From Paraphysomonas bandaiensis (taxonomy: Eukaryota > Protista > Chrysophyceae): 31,093 bases of DNA. Shown here piece after piece: positions 1 through 8,200 of the stretch. The notes under the pieces are model-generated. The model saw only the letters and a program-made list of their open reading frames with translations. It searched no databases and was not told the DNA's origin. Numbering within the stretch: the first letter of the stretch is position 1; every line of letters begins with the position of its first letter. Position numbers and translations under genes: made by a program. The DNA is taken from the NCBI GenBank assembly GCA_965644295.1, contig CBFFRP010000160.1:1-31093 (forward strand), in the 5' to 3' direction.

Positions 1-2
1 CG

Positions 3-176
3 TATGCGTTGTATGGGAACTGCTACAAAGGGAAGGAATGTAAGCATGTCCAGGGTCATAATGGAGCAGTTGCAACGGAAACCCGGAAATGGATGATGAA
101 GAAGCTGTCTCAGATGATGGCAGATGATTCCAAAGGGCCGCGAAAGATTTTGCCGAGGCCTGGTGGAGTGACTTGA
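3..176 (+). CDS. gag: C-terminal end of Ty3/Gypsy Gag (5' part outside window), ending in an in-frame TGA
   Basis: Open frame from base 3 reads YALYGNCYKGKECKHVQGH...GPRKILPRPGGVT*. It has a Cys/His zinc-finger-like motif and lies directly upstream of, and in frame with, the protease-containing ORF at 180. Confidence 0.65.
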   Translation, partial: YALYGNCYKGKECKHVQGHNGAVATETRKWMMKKLSQMMADDSKGPRKILPRPGGVT

Positions 177-179
177 CAA

Positions 180-3100
180 ATGTGCGAGGCTAATGGTTCG
201 CAGGATCACGAAGAAATATTGTACGGTTTGAATGATCCTGAGACTGTTAGTCGAGTTTTCCTCAGAAATTTGATGAATGTCTGTAATACGCGAGAACGAA
301 AAGACTTGACATTGGCTCATTCTGGGGGAAGCATTGTATGTGATGATAACTATATAATATCTGTGCGTGGAATATTGTTCGACACTGGAGCCCTAACATC
401 TAACTTCATTTCCAAGGATTTGTTTGAGACGTTTAGAAATCATGTGTGTGAAAACAAAGTCATAAAAAAAGAAACAGTTATAGGATTTGCCGATAAAACG
501 TCGAGAATGAAGTGTAGTTTTGTAGTGAAATTAAAATTGAGGTTTGAGAGAGAAGACTCCAAGGGAGAGTTCGTGTTATATGACGGGGATTTCATTGTTG
601 CTGATATGGGTAGCAACGATATTATCATTGGACTTCCGGCTATCGTTAAGGATCTATGGGATTATTTTCTATTTATGCTTAAAGGAAGGACTATTGAACG
701 AATTGAATCAGAAGTAAGTTTTATTAAAAGGCGTGAGGACGATGTTACCGAGGATGATTTGTTGTTGAATGCGGTTGAAGAATTATTGCAGCCGTGGTGT
801 GACAGTAGTAGGGAGGTAGCACCTGAAGAATTGGATGTTCCGGACCCTTCGCAGTTCGGATTTGCCTCAAGTTTTCTTGGAAAGACTAGAGAGGAAGCTT
901 TGAGCGAGTTCGAGGATATGTTTGGTGAGCACGTGTCTCCAGAGTTCTCAGCAGCGCGACCGGTGCTGGAGTTATTGAGGACTAAGGGAGTAGAGGTATT
1001 TGTTCCAGAGCGGTGGGAAGGTATAAAAGGAGTGGATCCGTTGAACATCAAGTTCGCTGAGAATTTGCCTCCTAGGATCAAGCCGAAGGCAAGACCCGTA
1101 AATCCTAGATTATATGAGGATGCGGAGAAGGAGTTTAGGAGACTGTGTGGTTACATCTATGTTCCTAGTAGGTCGCCGGGCTTCTTGTTTGGTGATCGCG
1201 CCAAAAGCCACGAAACCTTTTATTAGGATTTGTGGGGATTACGTGCAAATCAACGAGTACATTCCAAGTCCACACTATACAGTTCCTAATGTAAGACATG
1301 AGTTGGATCGTATTATTGGCTATAAGACATTTATGGACATTGACCCTCACGAATGCGTTCCATCAGATCAGGTTGCATGAGAACACATCTGAAAAATTGT
1401 CGGTTCAAACACCGTGGGGCCAATTTCAGCCTTTATTCCTTCCGGAGGGAGTGTCTCCAGGGATTAGTGTGTTGCAAGAAGCGGTAGTCAAATTGTTTGG
1501 AGATCTGGAATGGGCGCTGTGTATATTTGATAATGTTCTGTTATTGGCACATGATTTTGATGATGCGTATAAGAAGCTGGAGATTTTCCTGGATAGATGC
1601 ATTGAACATGGAGTTGTGTTGAAATTTGCAAAGACCTGGTTAGGATTTAGGGAGATCAAGTTTTTTGGCTATTTGTGAGGCACAATAGTTTCGAGCTCAC
1701 GGACGATAGGAAAGAGGCTTTATTGAAGATTCCTTTCCAGAGAATGGAAATAGATGTAAGAAGATTAGATCTTTGTTGGGTCTGGGAGTATTCTTTGCTC
1801 CATTTGTTCAGAATTACTCAGATTTGGTTAAACATCTTACGGATATGACTAAGAGTAGTTTTAATTGGGAAGAAACGACATGGCAGCACGATTATAGGCA
1901 GGAGTTTGAAAACTATAAGAGTGGTTTGCAACAGTCTTGTGCTTTGTTTTATCCGAATTATGATCTTGAGTGGACACTTAGGACAGATGCTAGTGACTAT
2001 GGAGTGGCAGGCATTCTTTTCCAGACTGTTGAGGGAACTGGGTCTAGTCCGATTCAACAGCAAACTATTGCTATCTGTTCCAAGAAATTGTCAGAGCAAG
2101 CCTTGAAGTGGTGTACTATTGAGAAGGAGGGTTTTGGTATATTCTATTCAGTCAAGAAATTTTCGTTTTATCTGAGAGGAAAGAAATTTACAATCGAGAC
2201 GGACCACAACAACCTTGTGTGGATGGAGGCATCAGAAGTTGCGAAGATAATTCGATGGAGAATTTATTTGCAGGATTTTGACTTTTTGATTCGTCATATC
2301 CCAGGGAAGAACAATGTGGTTGCGGATTGCTTGTCAAGATTGCTGTATTTGTCCGGATTTGTGGACGAAAGTGACGATTTCGACTCAGATGAAGTGAACT
2401 TCGTGACACTGCATAACATCTTTGAAAAAGACGATTTTGAGGACGACGTTCAAGAGATCGCGCCGCCTACGGAGGTACAGAGGATAGATTATTATCAGGC
2501 TATCAAAGAGGTTCACAACGCGCAAGCAGGACACTGGGGTGCGAAAGAGACGTGGAAACGTCTGTGTAGGCAATTTCCGGGACACGGCGTGCCTTTCAAG
2601 GTGGTTGCAGACTTCGTGGACGAATGTATCAACTGTCAGAAGAATAGGCGAGAGCTGAAGCAGCGATTGATTCCTATCACTAGACATTTAAAACCGCCTC
2701 ATTCCAGGAGTGCTTTGGGAATTGACGCGGTTGCTATTACACCTGTTTCTAAATCTGGTTACACGCATATTGTGGTCATGGTTAATTTGTTTACGAAATT
2801 GGTGTACCTATATGCGGTGAAAGGAATGACGGCTATCAATTTGGCTACAGCAGTATGGAAGTGCTGGTGTACATACGGGCTCACGGATATGATTATATCA
2901 GATATGGGTCCGGATCTCAAATCAGAGCTTTTCGCAGAGCTGGTTAAGTTGTCAGGACTCCGTCATGTTTTTAGTATCGCCAACAGGCATGTCAATGGGT
3001 GTGAGCGTATTATTAAGGAAGTGGTTCGTCACATCCGTGCTATTTGTTTTGACAAGCGAATTGAGGCGGATGCTGTTTTGGAGGACGAACTGTTACTTGC

Positions 3101-3221
3101 CACTATCATGTTCATTCTGAATACCCACGAGAGTAGTGAGACGGGGTATTCTGCATTCGAACTGACGTTTGGGTCCCAGGATTCTATCTATAAGAATCTT
3201 TTGGCTGCCCAGGGCCAGATT
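180..3221 (+). pseudogene. pol: Ty3/Gypsy pol (PR-RT-RNaseH-IN) with about four 1-nt frameshifts, truncated in the integrase C-terminus
   Basis: Protease LFDTGA. RT motifs span ORFs 180/1114/1298: RICGDY, DID/LTNAFHQI, TPWGQF..LPEG, IFDN, KFFGY. RNase H: TDASDYG, IEKEG, ETDH, N.VAD.LSR. Integrase: H..AGH..CINC, GIDAV, SDMG, NGCER. The order PR-RT-RH-IN is Gypsy-type. Frameshifts near 1178, 1345, 1675 and 1737. Confidence 0.9.
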
Positions 3222-4451
3222 CTTAAATTGCCACCAGGACACTGCTTTAAACTGAAGAAAAGTTTATATGGTCTTGGAAGCTCACCACGGTCATGGTATA
3301 AATGTCTTAACAAGTTTATTAAGTCCTTACATTTTATATCATGTATACTTGACCCATGTTTATATTTTACACGGATCAGGGGTGAATTAGTTCTGTTAGT
3401 AATATATGTAGATGATATGCTGATAGCATGTCGAGATACGAGTATTATTTTGGAAATTAAGCGACGAGTATGTGAAAGGTTCGATATTACAGATATGAAT
3501 GAGATTGGCCAGTTTTTGAACGTGAGAGTGACGAGAACTCAGAATTGTCTCAAACTTGACCAGACAGTGTACATCAAAAAGGTATTGGCGAAGTATGTGG
3601 ACTTTCTGGGTCCAAGGGATAAGACTCGGCGATACCCACTACCTAGTGATGTCATGGATAGGATCAAAGTGGGAGTGGAACATGTGCATTCGACTGAAGA
3701 GCAGGAATTAGTTGACAATTTTCCCTATCGTCCACTAATAGGAGCGTTACTCTATTTATCTATGAATACAAGGCCGGATATATCATATGCAGTGGGAGTA
3801 TTGTCACGATTCTCAACGAAAGTGAATATCACTGTATGTAAACTAATGATACATTTAATGCAGTATGTACGAGGTACTACGGAAAAAGGCATTCAATATA
3901 GAGGGAAAGATTTTGATCTTCATATGTTCACGGATGCTGACTGGGCGGGTGACCCGTTGACGAGGAGATCAACTTCAGGTTATGTTATGTTTGGAGCTGG
4001 TGGACCACTATCGTGGGGTTCCAAACTTCAGTCTACTGTAGCTACATCGACTATGCAAGCAGAGTATCAATGCTTATATAATGGATTACAGGAAATGATA
4101 TGGTCTCGGGGGGTAACTGGTGAAGTAGGATTGAAAATTGACGAGCCCACACCATTATTCCTGGATAGTCAAAGTGCTCAGGATATATCGGAAAATCCAG
4201 TGCAACATCAACGATCGAAACATATTGAGATTAAGTATCATATGATTAGAGAGCATGTGGATCCCGAACAGTTTAATACAGCGAAATTAATTCATGTGAG
4301 CAGTCGACAACAGATGGCTGATATATATACCAAGGCTTTGTGTGGTCCAATATTCATTGAACAGAGGGAGCGAAATCTTGGGGAAAAATTTAAGACTACT
4401 GCACAAATTATCGCAGAGGTACCCAAGGTAAAGAGAGTTCGTCGTAACTAG
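1773..4451 (+). CDS. Chimeric ORF: Gypsy RT-end/RNaseH/integrase fused in frame to Copia RT (C-terminal part)/RNaseH
   Basis: Single 892-aa open frame. After ELTFGSQ...AAQGQI it switches to the Copia motifs LKKSLYGL, DPCLY, IYVDD, YRPLIGALLYL, TRPDI, FTDADWAG, LDSQSA, KHIEIKYH and ADIYTK, which closely match Copia-B. Confidence 0.85.
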   Translation: MLGLGVFFAPFVQNYSDLVKHLTDMTKSSFNWEETTWQHDYRQEFENYKSGLQQSCALFYPNYDLEWTLRTDASDYGVAGILFQTVEGTGSSPIQQQTIAICSKKLSEQALKWCTIEKEGFGIFYSVKKFSFYLRGKKFTIETDHNNLVWMEASEVAKIIRWRIYLQDFDFLIRHIPGKNNVVADCLSRLLYLSGFVDESDDFDSDEVNFVTLHNIFEKDDFEDDVQEIAPPTEVQRIDYYQAIKEVHNAQAGHWGAKETWKRLCRQFPGHGVPFKVVADFVDECINCQKNRRELKQRLIPITRHLKPPHSRSALGIDAVAITPVSKSGYTHIVVMVNLFTKLVYLYAVKGMTAINLATAVWKCWCTYGLTDMIISDMGPDLKSELFAELVKLSGLRHVFSIANRHVNGCERIIKEVVRHIRAICFDKRIEADAVLEDELLLATIMFILNTHESSETGYSAFELTFGSQDSIYKNLLAAQGQILKLPPGHCFKLKKSLYGLGSSPRSWYKCLNKFIKSLHFISCILDPCLYFTRIRGELVLLVIYVDDMLIACRDTSIILEIKRRVCERFDITDMNEIGQFLNVRVTRTQNCLKLDQTVYIKKVLAKYVDFLGPRDKTRRYPLPSDVMDRIKVGVEHVHSTEEQELVDNFPYRPLIGALLYLSMNTRPDISYAVGVLSRFSTKVNITVCKLMIHLMQYVRGTTEKGIQYRGKDFDLHMFTDADWAGDPLTRRSTSGYVMFGAGGPLSWGSKLQSTVATSTMQAEYQCLYNGLQEMIWSRGVTGEVGLKIDEPTPLFLDSQSAQDISENPVQHQRSKHIEIKYHMIREHVDPEQFNTAKLIHVSSRQQMADIYTKALCGPIFIEQRERNLGEKFKTTAQIIAEVPKVKRVRRN

Positions 4452-4887
4452 ATAGAGGTGAATGAATGGTGGGAGCTAGCTATACCAGCGGAGTCATACT
4501 TCCACCAGTGTCCTATGAGGTTTGGTGGTTGCGTATCCGATAGCAATGTTCTTCACAAATTTTAGAATGGTTAACTACATCCAATTGAGTGGGAGTGTTG
4601 AGTTCTGCAATATGATGTGATATATATTGTGCAATTGAAGTGAGTTAACAGTGTGCAATTATAGGTAAAGTCAACTCATAGGTGTAACGGGTGATTATAG
4701 TAGTTACAAAGGAATTAAATTCAGTTACTGATGTGTGACTATACAAGATATAGAACTGACTGATGAACATATGATAAACAGATGTTGCTATAAGAACAGA
4801 TGTTTCAACATATGTTACACGAATATGTAGTGAAGTGTTCAGAATAATAATCATAATTTCTTACTTGAAAGTGCATTGTGTTCAACA
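3215..4887 (+). mobile_element. 3' half of a Ty1/Copia LTR retrotransposon (Copia-A)
   Basis: Copia RT/RH to the stop at 4451, then a 3' UTR similar to Copia-B, PPT GAGTGGGAG at 4587-4595 and an LTR at 4596-4887. Confidence 0.9.
4596..4887 (+). repeat. 3' LTR of Copia-A (292 bp)
   Basis: Follows the PPT. Termini TGTTGA...TCAACA form an inverted repeat, and the first 13 nt are identical to the Copia-B LTR start (TGTTGAGTTCTGC). Confidence 0.8.
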
Positions 4888-4910
4888 GCAAGGTTACGGT
4901 TTACGCGTAG

Positions 4911-5229
4911 TGTTGAGTTCTGCTATATGAGAGCAATTGAAAGCTGTAGTTATAAGGTATTTAAATTACTGTATTATACAGTTGTAGTCTTGTTAATCGT
5001 ATTGTGAGAATGAATGACGATAAGCACATAGCGGTAAAACGGAATATTGTGACGATGCAAGTTGTAGTGACGATGTAAGATCGTCGTACGAGAAATGAGT
5101 GGTAGTGGAGACAACATGATATTGATGAATGATAAGAGACATTGATTATAATTTATAATTCTCAGCTTTGAGTATAAGTTACCTTCTGTTGTTAAGTTAA
5201 TACTTCTCATATAATGTCAAACCTTGACA
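4911..5229 (+). repeat. 5' LTR of Copia-B
   Basis: Direct repeat of 10124-10442, TGTTGAG...CCTTGACA. Confidence 0.97.
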
Positions 5230-8200
5230 TGGTAGCAGACGGTAGTTCCGCAAGTAGTTCGGAATGGAAACACCTTCCGAAGTTCGATCAGTTCGGTGTT
5301 GTGAACTGGACGAAGCGATTGAGAGTTTGGCTTATGAGAAAGAATCGGAACCATCTTGGGTTGGAAGAGCGACCGCATCGACCTGCTGACAATGCGTCCA
5401 CAGCTGTGAAAAACAAGTATAAGGAAGACCTCGACAAGTGGTTGGAGAGGAAAGACACCTGCATCAGTTCCATCTTCGAAGCTGTTCAACCTGTGGCGGA
5501 GGCGCTTGAGATTGTTGATCAATACTTCCGAGAGAAGGACATGCTTCCACCTGATGATCCCGATAAGGAGATGTTAGCAAGTGAATTGGTAAATAAATTG
5601 GTTATTAGATTTCGTGGGGAAACCCAGTACGAATTGGTGGAACTGAATAAACAGTTTGCGTCATTTAGAATTCTACAGGGGGAGCTGGTGTGTACAGCCA
5701 TTGATCGACTGAACGGAATTGTCCAAAAAATGACGGAACTTGGTGAGCCGCCAACTGACGTATCCAAAAAAACGAAGCTGCAGACTGCGCTGGAAACGAG
5801 GAAGGATCTGGAGCAGCTGTACACAAACATCTACCTGAAAGGTGATATTTCATTTAATGAGATGATCACCATTTGTAGGCGCTTCGACCAGGCAAAGGGT
5901 CTACCACAGGAGTCTTCTGCACCGGAAGTACATTGGAATTCTTCTGATCAAGAGGTAACATGCTCATACTCTAAATGTGGAAAACGAGGTCACACGCAGA
6001 AGAACTGCTGGATGAAGAAGAAAGATCTGAAGATCTCCCAAATGAAGCGCAATGGTAAAAACAAGCATCGAAGAGAGCAATCAGAATCCAAAAGAAGTAA
6101 GTCAAAAAATGGCGCTGATGATGATGGATGCTTTGTGTGTGGCGTATCTGGACATCGAGCTCATGAATGCAGACATCGAGCTCAAGTTCGAAAAACAAGG
6201 AAAGCGGAGGATTCTGTTAACAAAAAACGACATTTTTCCGAAAAAAACGGTACGATGGAAAGGCCCATCAAAAAGAGCTCGGACTGGAATCGTTATCTTC
6301 AAAGAGACGAGCAAGAGGATGATTCTGTGCACATGTTGTTATATGATGAATCGAGTAACTTAGAAGTGAATGTTGCAGATGAGGTGCTGCATACTTCTGA
6401 AGACATTGTATTTCTAGACAGCTGCGCGTCGAAACAACTCTTCATCATCAAGAACAGTGATATTCTACAGACATTTGTTGCAGACGAAGGAGCCATTCAG
6501 ACAACCAAAGCGGGATCCAGCTTACGATATACTGGCTCAGGCAACTATGGTGACTGGACAAAATTAAAGGTATGCCCCGACTCAGTCAAGAATATTTGTT
6601 CGGGAGGGATGCTTCGTACGCTTGGATATGGACTTCAGCTGCTAGAGACCCCAAAAATAGTGCGATTGGATAATGCAGAAGTTGTTCTTGAAGCTAGGTA
6701 TTCAGATAATGGAATGCCCTTCGTTGATCTAAAGGACTTGTTGGAGTTACCTGACTTGACGAGTTTAGCTGCAGAAGTACATCTATCGGATAAAACAAAT
6801 GAAGACCCTCTGGAATTGCTTCACAAACGATGCGGGCATGTCAGCAAGCGCAAGCTATTAGAAGCTTTCAAACATCGGTTGTTCACAGGGAGTGGCCTTA
6901 ACAGATCTCATCTGAGTAAGAAGAGTCTTCAGAAAACCAAGGGTATCTGCAAAGCCTGTGCAAAGTCGAAGATTACCAGAATCTCGTTTCCTGGGAAGAG
7001 TGATGAAGAGCTACAGGCGACAAGGTTTCTGGAAAAAGTAACTGTCGATATAGGAGTATATTTCAATTGTCCATCTCGACAGGGATACCGGTATGTATTA
7101 GCGTTGACAGATGTGGCCACCAAGGAATGCTGGGAGTTTCCGTTGAAAACTCGGACCGCAAGTGAGGTGTTGGAGCACATTAGGAATTGGGTCGAGGTTC
7201 TTCTTCCCAAGTATCCAGGAGTTCATCGACTATCTGTGTATCATGCCGATGGGGGAGCCGAACTCATTGATAAGTCTATTCAGGAGTATCTTCACAGCAA
7301 GTTTGGCACCTCAATTACGTGGAGCTCTACGGACTCACCTGAGATGAATGGCGTGTCTGAGAGACGTTTTCGAACCGCGGGAGAGATGACTCTTGCAATG
7401 CTGTCAGATGCTGGATTCCCAGTTCCATTCTGGTGGGATGCCTACGTATATGCATCTGAAATTATTCGCATGATGCCCACTCGGACCTACCGCGGATGGA
7501 TGTCTCCCATGGAGTGTGTACCTGGAGGTTCTGTTCCGGATTTATCCAGTTTACGTCGATGGGGGTGTAAAGCTTATGTGAAGACTCCCAGGGGTGATCG
7601 TCGAAAAAATTGGCAAGGCAAATCGCAGATTGGATATTTTTTAGGTCTCTCCAAAAAGAAGAGGGGATACAGAATATGGCTAGGAGAGTCCGAAGTTGTG
7701 TCAATACATGTGTTATTCGACGAAAGCATTCCCCCCAGAGAGAAGGAGTATTTCGAGGAGCTGGAGGCTGCGTTAGTTAAACATGATCCCCAGGCTCGAC
7801 AGGTTGAAGAGTTCAACCATTTGATTGGATCTTACCATACCGATGAGGGTTTCCTGTTTAGGACTACGAGAGTCGTGGTTCGGAAAGGTTTGATCGTGGC
7901 TTATAGAGCCTTAGTAACTGCTGGTAGAGAGCAGTTGGAGGAGAAGACTCCGATACATATAGCTGATGTAGTGAAACTAACTCAGTCGTATAATTTGCGC
8001 AGGTGGCACGAAAATCCTGCGACCCGTGACGATGGGGCAGGTGGTGAGGAGCGATCGATGCCGGCTGGGGGTGGGACACCCAAACAGTCTACGGCAGATG
8101 ACTCATCAGGGAGTGAGCAGACTCCATGTGCCTTACCCGAGAGAAGCGTGAGCACTTCGTCTAGAGAGACAAGTGTGTGTGTCCCTAGTAGTCAAACTGC

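Noticed and set aside
3222-4451. A functional second RT rescuing the IFDN RT
   Set aside because: The Copia RT part lacks its N-terminal region including the motif-A Asp, so it cannot be a stand-alone polymerase.
4974-5210. Duplicated 78-aa ORF (also 10187-10423) and 60-68-aa ORFs at 16155 and 25113
   Set aside because: They lie inside LTRs, are duplicated only because the LTRs are, and show no protein-like features.
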